A DNA stretch of 55,179 nucleotides from positions 1-55,179 of IMG/VR virus record IMGVR_UViG_3300046734_000050; one strand, given 5' to 3'. A model generated the notes under the pieces. The model ran no database searches. It was not told the DNA's origin and saw nothing but the letters and a program-made list of their open reading frames with translations. Position 1 is the first letter of the stretch; the number at the start of each line of letters is the position of its first letter. The position numbers were made by a program, and so were the translations under genes. Shown in pieces: positions 40,810 through 49,724 of the stretch. This DNA is from a virus. Lineage: Duplodnaviria > Caudoviricetes.

Positions 40810-41712
40810 TTACATGCTTTTAACATGGCTTTTTCGTAATGTCAATGCATTATTTGCAGATTCATACGTATTTTTCATGTAAGGTTTGACCGATTGAGGG
40901 TTAGCATGACCTGTAACGGACATAATTTGACCCATAGACACACCTGCTTCTACCATTTCAGTCGTTCCTGTACGTCTTAAGTCTGAAATACGTAGTGTAT
41001 CAGGTAAATTAGCTAAGTCCATCACTCTACGTGCCACTTTTGATAGCCTTTGCATGGTATAAGGTGCATACTTACCACCTTTTGCAGTAGGATAGGGTGC
41101 TACGTAAGGCTGAAAGTCATAATCTTTTGCCTGTTGTTTAAGCATTTCTAATAAGTCAAGTGAAATAGGTAGATGAACTACACTTCTTCTCTTGGACTGT
41201 TGTAAATTTAGCACACTTTTATCAAAGTCAATGCTAGAAAACTGCAACATTCGCATATCTCCCACCCTCTGACACCATTCGTAAGACATTTGTACAATCA
41301 ATCCTATGTTTCTGTACTTGAAATCAGCATAAGCTGCATCCAAAAACTGTATGACTTGGTCTTGTGTCCATACTGTGTTCCTAGAATGGGGTGTCTTACG
41401 TTTGTAAGTAGCAAATGGATTAGTCTCAGCATAACCCATCTCCATCCCATAAGAATATATCTTACGAGCAACAGAAGTAATGGCATTAGCTTGATATATA
41501 CCACGACCAAGCCACTGCTCATACGCTCTTCTAGCTATTGCTCCTGTCATTTTAAGAAGACTTATTCCCGCCACACTTTTGCCATCAACTTCAGTAGCCA
41601 ATAAAACTCCTGCACAATATTGATAATCATGTTTAGTTTTATCAGCTAACACCTTGAAATCATTAGATAAATAATACTTATCTACTAAGTCATTCAAATT
41701 TAATTTTGTCAT
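40810..41712 (-). CDS. int: Tyrosine recombinase / integrase
   Basis: QRVGD (R), QSKR (K), DLRRTG, TGHAN, PY catalytic set. Confidence 0.9.
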   Translation of the reverse strand: MTKLNLNDLVDKYYLSNDFKVLADKTKHDYQYCAGVLLATEVDGKSVAGISLLKMTGAIARRAYEQWLGRGIYQANAITSVARKIYSYGMEMGYAETNPFATYKRKTPHSRNTVWTQDQVIQFLDAAYADFKYRNIGLIVQMSYEWCQRVGDMRMLQFSSIDFDKSVLNLQQSKRRSVVHLPISLDLLEMLKQQAKDYDFQPYVAPYPTAKGGKYAPYTMQRLSKVARRVMDLANLPDTLRISDLRRTGTTEMVEAGVSMGQIMSVTGHANPQSVKPYMKNTYESANNALTLRKSHVKSM

Positions 41713-41983
41713 TATTTACTCCTGTAATAATTACATCTTTCTTTGTATTTAATGTGTGACCTACGCCATGCCCTATATCTACCTGTTTGATATGTCCTTC
41801 TAAAAAGATTACCTCTCCATGTATGGGTCGTATTGCCCATCTTTTCATGTGCTTTATATGTTCATCTATAGCTTCATCTAAAGTTTCTCCTTGCACATAT
41901 TCTACTCTACTAGTAGGATAATCTATTGTAGAATCATATCTATCGTTTGCAGTATATACTACTGTATACTTTTTTATATCCAT
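41690..41983 (-). CDS. Hypothetical protein
   Basis: 97-aa ORF in the operon. Confidence 0.7.
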   Translation of the reverse strand: MDIKKYTVVYTANDRYDSTIDYPTSRVEYVQGETLDEAIDEHIKHMKRWAIRPIHGEVIFLEGHIKQVDIGHGVGHTLNTKKDVIITGVNNDKIKFE

Positions 41984-42007
41984 ACCACATCCTTTATAAA
42001 CAATAAC

Positions 42008-42640
42008 TTACTTAACATCCACATAAACTCTCATATGAGATGACTCATTTAAACCTTGACCCCAATAGGTAGCACCTGTACCCTTGAGTTCTTCCTTGAT
42101 GTGTTGTCCCCGTACTCTTATCTTATATGATTCTTTGTTGAGATACTTCTTCATAGTGTCTACAAACTCTTGACCTTCTGTGTCGTTAGGTATCTCGCTG
42201 AATACATAGTTACAACCTTTCTTAGATGTAGCCTTCTCATATTCTTTTCTCCACATCTCTGCTCGTTTCTCTAGAGTCTGAATCCTTTTCCAAGCTACAT
42301 CATATGCTTCTGCCTTAACAGTTGGTTGTCTATTCAATTCAGCTAGAGCATCTTTAACTTTATTGAATGAGTGTTTCTCTACCATGTTCATAGCTTTCTC
42401 TTTCCACCTGTCACGTTCTTTAGCTATCTTGAGTGCTGTATCTGTAACACCTACTTGCCTATTCAACATACGTTCTTGATGTCTAAATGCTCTGACTAAA
42501 TACACAACATCCATGTCTGCAATTCGTATGGGTTCATCTCTGTGAAAAGATTTATGTTCCACCTCATCTAACTCATACATATCGGCAGGTAGTTTTCCAT
42601 TTACTGCTTCTGCTATTTTAATTAACTGTTTTACTTTCAT
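42008..42640 (-). CDS. Hypothetical coiled-coil protein
   Basis: AAGGAG RBS, ATGA-coupled. Confidence 0.7.
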   Translation of the reverse strand: MKVKQLIKIAEAVNGKLPADMYELDEVEHKSFHRDEPIRIADMDVVYLVRAFRHQERMLNRQVGVTDTALKIAKERDRWKEKAMNMVEKHSFNKVKDALAELNRQPTVKAEAYDVAWKRIQTLEKRAEMWRKEYEKATSKKGCNYVFSEIPNDTEGQEFVDTMKKYLNKESYKIRVRGQHIKEELKGTGATYWGQGLNESSHMRVYVDVK

Positions 42641-43143
42641 GCTACTTCTCCTTCTAGCCATTGTGGTTTATTTGTATACTTATACCTAGCAAATTTAAGT
42701 TTGTCAACTTTATAAAATGCTCTGTATGCTTCAATAGGAAAGCTCTCATCTGTCTTCAAGTCATCATGCCCACTAAAACATTGTGGGTGTGGTGTTATAA
42801 AGTTCTTCCAATCAGGTACAAACTTCCTGCCTTCCCATAGAGGTGTAAAGTGTTTGACTGCACCATGTATTTTTTTATATCTTCTAGTGTACTCAGTCAA
42901 CATAGCATCATACAAACCAAATGCCCATATGTAATTAAGCTGACATTCCATTGCCCATAGTGTGCAAGGGTGCTTTTGATGTACAGGTTTGTACAAGCCA
43001 TGCTCCTCTGCATACTGTGGTGCATGATGCCATAGTGTAGTACATAACATCTGTGCTTCTTCAAGTGGCATCTTGACTACGTGTTGGTCACATAGAGATG
43101 ATGCTATTTCTTGTGGTGTCTTCTCTATAATAAATCTATTCAT
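42637..43143 (-). CDS. Pyrimidine-dimer DNA glycosylase-like protein (T4 EndoV superfamily)
   Basis: MNRF...CDQHVVKMPLEEAQML...HQKHPCTLW...EYTRRYKKIH. Confidence 0.75.
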   Translation of the reverse strand: MNRFIIEKTPQEIASSLCDQHVVKMPLEEAQMLCTTLWHHAPQYAEEHGLYKPVHQKHPCTLWAMECQLNYIWAFGLYDAMLTEYTRRYKKIHGAVKHFTPLWEGRKFVPDWKNFITPHPQCFSGHDDLKTDESFPIEAYRAFYKVDKLKFARYKYTNKPQWLEGEVA

Positions 43144-43352
43144 GTTGTCTCCTTATCATTTATTTTAGTTCTGCATACATCTGTGCCTAACATATCAAAC
43201 ATAACACACCCATAATCATAACCTATCTTATAGTAATGATGTGTCTTTGTGTCATCTCTTTCGCCATGCAATAAGCCATCTGCTATACCATCTTTGATAG
43301 CTTCAACAATCTTATGCTCTTTGATTTGTTTATCTAATTCTATTAAGTTCAT
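43140..43352 (-). CDS. Hypothetical protein
   Basis: 70 aa, GGAG RBS. Confidence 0.65.
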   Translation of the reverse strand: MNLIELDKQIKEHKIVEAIKDGIADGLLHGERDDTKTHHYYKIGYDYGCVMFDMLGTDVCRTKINDKETT

Positions 43353-43361
43353 TTATATCTC

Positions 43362-43508
43362 CTATTCAAATGTTTGTTCTATATGTACTATAACTCCATC
43401 AATCATATCTATGATTTGTTGAGAATCATAAGCCTTTATATAGATATAAAAAGTTCCATAGTCTTCTTTACCTCTTGGGTGTTCCATCTCTACATAATAT
43501 CTATTCAT
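43362..43508 (-). CDS. Small hypothetical protein (not in ORF track)
   Basis: MNRYYVEMEHPRG...TFE; GGAG RBS; ATGA-coupled. Confidence 0.6.
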   Translation of the reverse strand: MNRYYVEMEHPRGKEDYGTFYIYIKAYDSQQIIDMIDGVIVHIEQTFE

Positions 43509-43639
43509 GCTATCTCCTGTGTCCAATAATCATACAAATCATTTACTGTTTCATCATCAGCTTCTTCAATCCATTTCCAAAGATTTCCTGCTAATCTTTC
43601 TTGTCTGATAATAAACTTTATCTTATCTTCACGTGTCAT
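43505..43639 (-). CDS. Small hypothetical protein (not in ORF track)
   Basis: MTREDKIKFII...QEIA; GGAG RBS. Confidence 0.6.
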   Translation of the reverse strand: MTREDKIKFIIRQERLAGNLWKWIEEADDETVNDLYDYWTQEIA

Positions 43640-43814
43640 CTTTTATCTCCCATATTGTATTATATTTTTGTGTTAATTGGTCAATGACATTCTCAATACA
43701 ATCTCCAACAGTAAAACTACTGCCATCATTATCCTTTGGTTTATCATATAACTTAGCTTGTTTGACTTGTTCTTTAATGTCATACATATCGCATAGCATA
43801 TCACTTATATTCAT
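43629..43814 (-). CDS. Hypothetical protein
   Basis: 61 aa, AAGGAG RBS. Confidence 0.65.
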   Translation of the reverse strand: MNISDMLCDMYDIKEQVKQAKLYDKPKDNDGSSFTVGDCIENVIDQLTQKYNTIWEIKDDT

Positions 43815-44245
43815 TTCTTACTCCTTTCAATATCCCATCTATAAAATATGTGGTCATCTATTCTTGTTACATAAGTCTTAGTCTCTGCCCAACTAGGATT
43901 CACATAGTAGGCATGGTAGTGTGTCGCACCTTCAACAAAGTCATCTAGGTTGCCCTTGTATACACCACTTGCAACTTTCAATGCTTGCTTGATAGCTTCC
44001 TTGTTCTTAGGCTTGTCACTCTTACCATCACAGTACCAACTGAATTGGCATTTGTTCCTGATAGGTATAGATGGATTCCATTTGTATGTTAAGCCTTGTT
44101 TAACTACGTCACATACATTGTTAGGATACCTTTCATCCTTTACCCTATTCATTACAACTTGTGCTACTGCTACTTGCCCTATGAAACTTTGGTTCTTAGC
44201 TTCATGGTAGACATTGAGTGCTAGACACATGAGTGCTTCAATCAT
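43811..44245 (-). CDS. Cell wall hydrolase (SleB / Hydrolase_2)
   Basis: CLALNVYHEAK...VAQVVMNRV...CQFSWYCDG...GATHYHA...IDDHIFY. Confidence 0.92.
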   Translation of the reverse strand: MIEALMCLALNVYHEAKNQSFIGQVAVAQVVMNRVKDERYPNNVCDVVKQGLTYKWNPSIPIRNKCQFSWYCDGKSDKPKNKEAIKQALKVASGVYKGNLDDFVEGATHYHAYYVNPSWAETKTYVTRIDDHIFYRWDIERSKK

Positions 44246-44478
44246 TATCGCCAATCCCTTCTATCTAAGTCAAAGCTACGTCTTAAATCCCACATACTTT
44301 GCTCTAAGTTTCTTATGTCAGACAGATATAAGTCTTGACAATCAAACAACATCTGTAGTGCTGAACTTAAATGTTGTTCAGCTTCTTTAACTGCTTTCAT
44401 CTGTTCCTCACTCATGCCTTGAATACCTTTTTGTCTAGAGATTTCAATTAATTCAGATTTAGTTTTTTTCTTAGCCAT
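44245..44478 (-). CDS. Hypothetical protein
   Basis: 77 aa, GAGGAG RBS. Confidence 0.7.
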   Translation of the reverse strand: MAKKKTKSELIEISRQKGIQGMSEEQMKAVKEAEQHLSSALQMLFDCQDLYLSDIRNLEQSMWDLRRSFDLDRRDWR

Positions 44479-44600
44479 TATACGTTCTCCTCTGTTTCAT
44501 CAACTAAAAATTTTATTGTAACTTCTCCATAGTCATCTTCAATAAATTTGTAAGTTCCTTTATACTTATTAAGCCACTCAAAAAATTGTTCTCTATTCAT
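44478..44600 (-). CDS. Small hypothetical protein (not in ORF track)
   Basis: MNREQFFEWLNKY...EENV; coupled to the downstream gene. Confidence 0.55.
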   Translation of the reverse strand: MNREQFFEWLNKYKGTYKFIEDDYGEVTIKFLVDETEENV

Positions 44601-44638
44601 TTTATTATCTTCTACTATTCCTAATCTATACATTGTCA

Positions 44639-45859
44639 TTATACCATCTCCTTGTTGTTGTTATACATTTCATGCCATGTCTCAGCTAATGGTATGCCCT
44701 TGAGTATATGTGCAATCACATCAACTGTCCACCCATTGCCAATCATTTTGTATCGCTGACTATTGGATACATGATTGGTATAGTTGTCAGGTAATGTCTG
44801 CAATCGTTCACACTCAAGTGGTGTCAGCTTTCGCCACATATCTTTAGAGACTAGCACGTTATCTTTTTGTACAGTAGTGAGACAGTTAGACTTCTCATCT
44901 TTGCGAACTTCTATCTGTCTTGTGTAAGGCAACTCAAGTTGATAATCTTTCCTAGTACCATGCTCATCTAGTCTACGATTAACAATCCTACCAATAGCAA
45001 CCTTTGGTTCTCTGTGTCCACCTTGCATGGTAGTAAGTGTAGGTGCTTTACCTTCTTGTGCATACACTCGCTTGATTGAGTCATGTCCTTTGAGGTCAGC
45101 AGTACCTACCCTAATCAATCCATCTTTGGACATGGTAGGGTTATCCTTGAGTACCATAGTACGTTGTTTACGTTCAATACTATTCCACCATACTGCACCA
45201 TTATATCTAGCAGTAAGACAATGAGACTTGCCATTGCTAGTCATCTCATCTGTAGCATAGCCATCTTCTAGTATGTTTTGCATAGTCAAACCCTTGCATA
45301 TCATAGGTGGTATAGTTATCTGCTCATACTTAGGATAGTGTTCAAAGTCATCTTCAACATCATAGTATAGTTTACCAAACCAATACAATCTGTATCTGTT
45401 TTGTGCTGATACATACTTAGAGTTTAATGCTTGTGGTTCAAATCCCATGTACTCAGATATCACATCTTGTGATTTTCTAGCCATACGTACATTCTCTAGC
45501 AGTACATACTTAGGCTTACACTCATCTCGTATACGTATGAAGTCAAAGAATAACTTACTACGTGGGTCATCAAAGTTAAGCTGATGTCCTGCGAATGAGA
45601 ATCCTTGACAAGGTGAACCACCCATAAGCAAATCAATAGGTGGGTCATAGTCTAAGGCATAATCAACACCCATACCTCTTTCGCTAGGCTTTACTTGTGT
45701 AACATCTCCTAGCTGAATAGTGTTAGGAAAGTTAGCTTGTGTCACTTTGATTGCATACTTATCAATCTCACTTGCATAGTAGTTGTCTACGTGAATACCT
45801 GCCCTTTGCAAGGCAAGTTGACCACCACTACAACCATCAAATAAACTTAGTACATTCAT
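44639..45859 (-). CDS. DNA cytosine-5 methyltransferase
   Basis: Motif I LSLFDG, IV GSPCQGFS, VI ENV, VIII QNRYRLYW, IX LTPLECERLQ, X IGNGW. Confidence 0.93.
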   Translation of the reverse strand: MNVLSLFDGCSGGQLALQRAGIHVDNYYASEIDKYAIKVTQANFPNTIQLGDVTQVKPSERGMGVDYALDYDPPIDLLMGGSPCQGFSFAGHQLNFDDPRSKLFFDFIRIRDECKPKYVLLENVRMARKSQDVISEYMGFEPQALNSKYVSAQNRYRLYWFGKLYYDVEDDFEHYPKYEQITIPPMICKGLTMQNILEDGYATDEMTSNGKSHCLTARYNGAVWWNSIERKQRTMVLKDNPTMSKDGLIRVGTADLKGHDSIKRVYAQEGKAPTLTTMQGGHREPKVAIGRIVNRRLDEHGTRKDYQLELPYTRQIEVRKDEKSNCLTTVQKDNVLVSKDMWRKLTPLECERLQTLPDNYTNHVSNSQRYKMIGNGWTVDVIAHILKGIPLAETWHEMYNNNKEMV

Positions 45860-46140
45860 TACCATGTTCCTCCTAGTTTTCTTACCTTAACATACATTCT
45901 ATCTAGTTGTACAGCCAATCTTCTATACTTGATAAACCATTTTCTAACGTGTGGGTCTGATTGTTTCTCCACTTTATAGAATGGTAGCCTACCTTCTACG
46001 TTCAAAGTCACTTGTGAGAAGTCATCATTAGCACACTCCATGTCCTCTAAATTTTCATAGAGAGCATCAATAATCATTGACAACTCTTGTGGTTTTAGCT
46101 TTACATCTATCTCTTTTACTTTTGCACTTACGTCAGCCAT
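45859..46140 (-). CDS. Hypothetical protein
   Basis: 93 aa, GGAG RBS. Confidence 0.7.
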   Translation of the reverse strand: MADVSAKVKEIDVKLKPQELSMIIDALYENLEDMECANDDFSQVTLNVEGRLPFYKVEKQSDPHVRKWFIKYRRLAVQLDRMYVKVRKLGGTW

Positions 46141-46217
46141 TTTATACTCCTATGTAACTTGAAAAATATAACACAACAAATGTGCTAATAATAAGCACAA
46201 TCATTGTATCCTTGTCG

Positions 46218-46583
46218 TTAGGCATCTTCCCATTCCTTAATGGTGAATCCTGCATTGCTATGATTTATAGCTTGCTTACCTATGAAGGTAATACTATGCC
46301 TTAACTCTTTAAGGGTTGAATGAGCAGACACACTCTCTCCTCTATCATCAAGACCTAGCACTAAACCCTTACCACCTATAGGTGTATAGGCATCTTTGTG
46401 AAGAAAGAAGTGATTGTTTTCCTTAAGCAATCCTTCATCGTCTACAAAAATAGTATCCTCATTTGGAATGTCCACAACACCAAAGGTACTAGCATCTATG
46501 TGCTTGTATATCTGTGTGTAATCTCCGTTGTATTCTACCTCTTCGATTGTTTCGTTGATTGGGTCAATTAGTATTGCTCTCAT
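46218..46583 (-). CDS. DUF3846-like hypothetical protein
   Basis: MRAILIDP...IFVDDEGLLK...GKGLVLG. Confidence 0.65.
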   Translation of the reverse strand: MRAILIDPINETIEEVEYNGDYTQIYKHIDASTFGVVDIPNEDTIFVDDEGLLKENNHFFLHKDAYTPIGGKGLVLGLDDRGESVSAHSTLKELRHSITFIGKQAINHSNAGFTIKEWEDA

Positions 46584-46765
46584 TAGTTGTACTCCTTCAC
46601 ATATAAAAATTCTATTCTCTCGTTTGGGTGAACTGCTCTAGCAGTATCCATAGCATGTTCAATTGCATACTCCCATGATGCATCAGGTAGGGCATCAGAG
46701 TGGACATTAACTTGCCCACTCTCTGCACCTATCTTGATACCTACTTGCCAATATGGTATTGTCAT
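46583..46765 (-). CDS. Hypothetical protein
   Basis: 60 aa, TAATG-coupled. Confidence 0.65.
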   Translation of the reverse strand: MTIPYWQVGIKIGAESGQVNVHSDALPDASWEYAIEHAMDTARAVHPNERIEFLYVKEYN

Positions 46766-47142
46766 TAGGCTACCTTTCTCTTTCTGCCTAGCTTAGACTT
46801 GGCTAGGTCTTTGAGGTTACTTACTTTGAAAGAACCATAGCTTTTACTATTGAACTCTTTCCCTTTTCTGATTGCTCTGCAAACTGAGGTTAAGTCTTGT
46901 ATTAAGACCATGAAAGCAGTAGTCGCAGTATTCTGTATGTAGAATCCTTCGTCTGCTTTAGCACCTCTAGACATCTCTAAAGACAGCTTGTACAGTTTCA
47001 TCTTAGATAGTGGTAAACCTACCACCTCTTCATATATAGGCTGAAGAGTATCAAAAAGGTTTTGACCTCTCTCGCTTAAACATTGACCTGTACGACCTGT
47101 AGATTGCTTCCAATAGGAAACGTTGAATGTCTTCTTACTCAT
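46765..47142 (-). CDS. Early hypothetical protein
   Basis: 125 aa, AAGGAG RBS, basic C-terminus RKRKVA. Confidence 0.75.
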   Translation of the reverse strand: MSKKTFNVSYWKQSTGRTGQCLSERGQNLFDTLQPIYEEVVGLPLSKMKLYKLSLEMSRGAKADEGFYIQNTATTAFMVLIQDLTSVCRAIRKGKEFNSKSYGSFKVSNLKDLAKSKLGRKRKVA

Positions 47143-47195
47143 AGTGTTCTCCTTTCATTGAGAGTTAGTGTCCAACATTGGACAGTTACTTTGCA

Positions 47196-47336
47196 TTATG
47201 CAAAATTCCGTTCTTGTATGTTACGTTTAACTTTACGTAAGGCTTGTCTGTCTCGCTTCCAATCATCACGTTTATCTTTCTTGACTGTCTTCTTAACAGA
47301 AATCTTTTCAAATGTTTCGTATTTAATCTTTCGCAA
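47196..47336 (-). CDS. Small basic early protein (TTG start; not in ORF track)
   Basis: GGAG 6 nt before TTG; MRKIKYETFEKISVKKTVKKDKRDDWKRDRQALRKVKRNIQERNFA. Confidence 0.65.
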   Translation of the reverse strand: MRKIKYETFEKISVKKTVKKDKRDDWKRDRQALRKVKRNIQERNFA

Positions 47337-47411
47337 TTTAATCTCCAATAGTTATAATAATATATATATAATACTTTCATATACATTTAAGTATTATATA
47401 TATTATAATTG

Positions 47412-48146
47412 TTATATGTACTTAGCACCTGTTCCATGTCCTACAATAGCAATGCTCTTTGCATTGATAACTGAACCACTACAAAGCTTACAGCTTTCAC
47501 AGGTAGTACGTCTACCTGCTTCTTCTGATGCAGGACATAGAACTTCTTCACCTTTGACTACAGAGTCAACAGATTTGATTACTCTGAAGGTTCTGATACC
47601 ACTAGCCCAAGCACTTTGTGCTTCTTCTAGAGTGTCAGCACTCTTCATACAAAGGTCATATCTTTGATTGACCTTCTGATGTGTATAGCCCGTTCTACCT
47701 TTTGAGTAAGATAGAAGGCTATCCCAAATATAAGATGGTACTGCTGATGGGTCACCATAAGACCCAAGTCTTATGATGTTATCCTTGCCAAGTTCAGCTA
47801 AATCATTATGTCCTTGAACATAATCATAATTACCCTTCTTGTATGTTTTCCAAACATTCAAAGGTGCTTGGTAGATTGCAACATAGCAAGCCCTATTTTC
47901 AGCTAACTTCCTATCGGAAGAAGCATCAACAGCAGTACCTCGAAGCTTACAGTCTCCACAAATAGAATAGTCCAAGCCAAGCTTATTAGCTTCACGTGGG
48001 TCTATGTCCTTGCAAAGTATCCATGTCTGTATCATGCTACCTGTCTTGCTATTGCTAGAATCCTTATCAAATCCCGTTGCAATAACAACAATATCTTGAC
48101 CATCAATCATTGATTGACCTTCATATAAAATGTAACCATTAGCCAT
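47412..48146 (-). CDS. Cys-rich early protein, possibly Fe-S or Zn binding
   Basis: NSKTG, ICGDC...CYV, RLGSYGDP, GYTHQ, CPAS...TCESCKLC. Confidence 0.75.
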   Translation of the reverse strand: MANGYILYEGQSMIDGQDIVVIATGFDKDSSNSKTGSMIQTWILCKDIDPREANKLGLDYSICGDCKLRGTAVDASSDRKLAENRACYVAIYQAPLNVWKTYKKGNYDYVQGHNDLAELGKDNIIRLGSYGDPSAVPSYIWDSLLSYSKGRTGYTHQKVNQRYDLCMKSADTLEEAQSAWASGIRTFRVIKSVDSVVKGEEVLCPASEEAGRRTTCESCKLCSGSVINAKSIAIVGHGTGAKYI

Positions 48147-48225
48147 TGTATTCTCCGTGATGTTTAAGTTATATATATAATAAATATACTTTCATATACA
48201 TTCAAGTATATTTATTATTATATTA

Positions 48226-48459
48226 CTAAAGTTTTTTATCTAGTGCAGTCCATAGTCCATCAAGTTCATTGATGTCGTAGTATCCATAGCCTAGCTTTTT
48301 ACCTTCGGTATCTTCTATGTAAAAACCTCTATCATCAGACTGCCACTTCTCCCATATATTTCCAATATATCCAAATGAATAATCTTTTGGAAGATTGTTT
48401 TCAATCTTATCATAGTACTTACGGAACTTCTCTCTATCAATATCTTTAAAATGTATCAT
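48226..48459 (-). CDS. Early hypothetical protein
   Basis: 77 aa, GGAG RBS. Confidence 0.7.
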   Translation of the reverse strand: MIHFKDIDREKFRKYYDKIENNLPKDYSFGYIGNIWEKWQSDDRGFYIEDTEGKKLGYGYYDINELDGLWTALDKKL

Positions 48460-48460
48460 T

Positions 48461-48712
48461 TTAATACTCCCTAACTCTATCGTAGATATAAAGATACTCT
48501 TTAATATCTAGTAATATTTCATCATACTCTTTCTTTGCCAAGTCTTTTAACCCTTCCTCATAGGAAGAATAACTAGAAACGATTTGATTAAGAGATATGT
48601 ATCGTAAGACACAACTCCCTTCCTTAAGGTTTTCAACCTTTTCTAGCACGTACCTGCTACCCTTTGCTATGATGTCAGAAGGCAAATCTTGATATCCATA
48701 ATTAAATCTCAT
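48461..48712 (-). CDS. Early hypothetical protein
   Basis: 83 aa, GGAG RBS. Confidence 0.7.
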   Translation of the reverse strand: MRFNYGYQDLPSDIIAKGSRYVLEKVENLKEGSCVLRYISLNQIVSSYSSYEEGLKDLAKKEYDEILLDIKEYLYIYDRVREY

Positions 48713-48760
48713 ATTAATCTCCGATTAAAAGTTAAAATTAAAGTGTCCAACATTGGACAG

Positions 48761-49030
48761 TTAGTACTCATCAGAGTACACTTCTCCGAAGTCTTCCCAC
48801 TCCTGCTCCCATGAAGGCTGACCATCATCTTCGTCTTCTTCTCCGAAGAACTCAGCCCACTCCGAAGGAGTTACACCTGTCTTAATGAACTCTCGTTCAT
48901 CAGCAGATAAGTTTGGCATGGCATCTTGAATAAGAGTACCATTCTCCCAAGAGCTTAATTGCTCTTGAGTTACATCAATGTCCATTGTATGAACATTGTT
49001 AGTAAAAGCTGACATTCTTGTAATTTTCAT
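48761..49030 (-). CDS. Early acidic protein
   Basis: LIQDAMPNLSADEREFIKTG core plus acidic tail EEDEDDGQPSWEQEWEDF. Confidence 0.8.
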   Translation of the reverse strand: MKITRMSAFTNNVHTMDIDVTQEQLSSWENGTLIQDAMPNLSADEREFIKTGVTPSEWAEFFGEEDEDDGQPSWEQEWEDFGEVYSDEY

Positions 49031-49133
49031 AATAAACTCCGTTTAAGTTAAAGTGTCCAACATTGGACTGTTTAAGTTATATATATAATAAATAATATTT
49101 CATTAAAATATTATATTATTTATTATTATATTA

Positions 49134-49349
49134 CTAATTGTTTCGGAAATGGTGGATTATAAATAATCCTGTCATTAACAAAGTTAATCCCATTGCTCCG
49201 ATTAAACCAACAAACATTATTCCCAAAGGGAATCCTTGGTTGATTGCTTCGCTCATGTAATAACCTTCCTCTTCTGATAAGGTTATCCAAGCCATTAAAG
49301 TTACAGGTATTCCTAAAAGGAATATTAATACTCCATCTAATTTACTCAT
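49134..49349 (-). CDS. Early two-TM membrane protein
   Basis: Two hydrophobic helices; GGAG RBS. Confidence 0.7.
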   Translation of the reverse strand: MSKLDGVLIFLLGIPVTLMAWITLSEEEGYYMSEAINQGFPLGIMFVGLIGAMGLTLLMTGLFIIHHFRNN

Positions 49350-49350
49350 T

Positions 49351-49617
49351 TTAAACTCCGTTTAACATTTCATCTAACATTGCAATAGCTTCGCTATTGT
49401 CAGAGTGTCCAACATTGGACAGTTTACCTTTGGTAAGAGCTTCTTTGAACATCTTAGTTTCAAGTTCATTCTTTCTTGAAACATAAACTTCCAATGGCTC
49501 ATCATGGTCTTTGACCATCTGAATCCAATTACTTCGTAATGGTTTATGTTTATAATTAGAACCAAAGCTTCGCTTTACAGTAGTTTTACACCAAAGTTTT
49601 CTTTTAAGTCTCGCCAT
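49351..49617 (-). CDS. Early hypothetical protein containing one 14-bp site
   Basis: 88 aa; LSNVGH is encoded by the palindrome. Confidence 0.75.
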   Translation of the reverse strand: MARLKRKLWCKTTVKRSFGSNYKHKPLRSNWIQMVKDHDEPLEVYVSRKNELETKMFKEALTKGKLSNVGHSDNSEAIAMLDEMLNGV

Positions 49618-49724
49618 GTTTATCTCCTAAGATATATATAATAATTAATACTTTCGTAAGTATTCAAGTATTAATTATTTATATCTCTAAATGTTAAAGT
49701 TATCATTCACAAAGAAGATAGCTG

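Noticed and set aside
47186-47386. ORF-track 66-aa ORF on the minus strand
   Set aside because: Starts within the AT-rich hairpin with no RBS; a TTG-start ORF 47196..47336 in another frame has a proper GGAG
47083-47667. 194-aa plus-strand ORF and other long antisense ORFs (e.g. 38267..38914, 2053..2529, 7230..7673)
   Set aside because: Shadow frames opposite well-supported genes; no RBS or recognisable motifs
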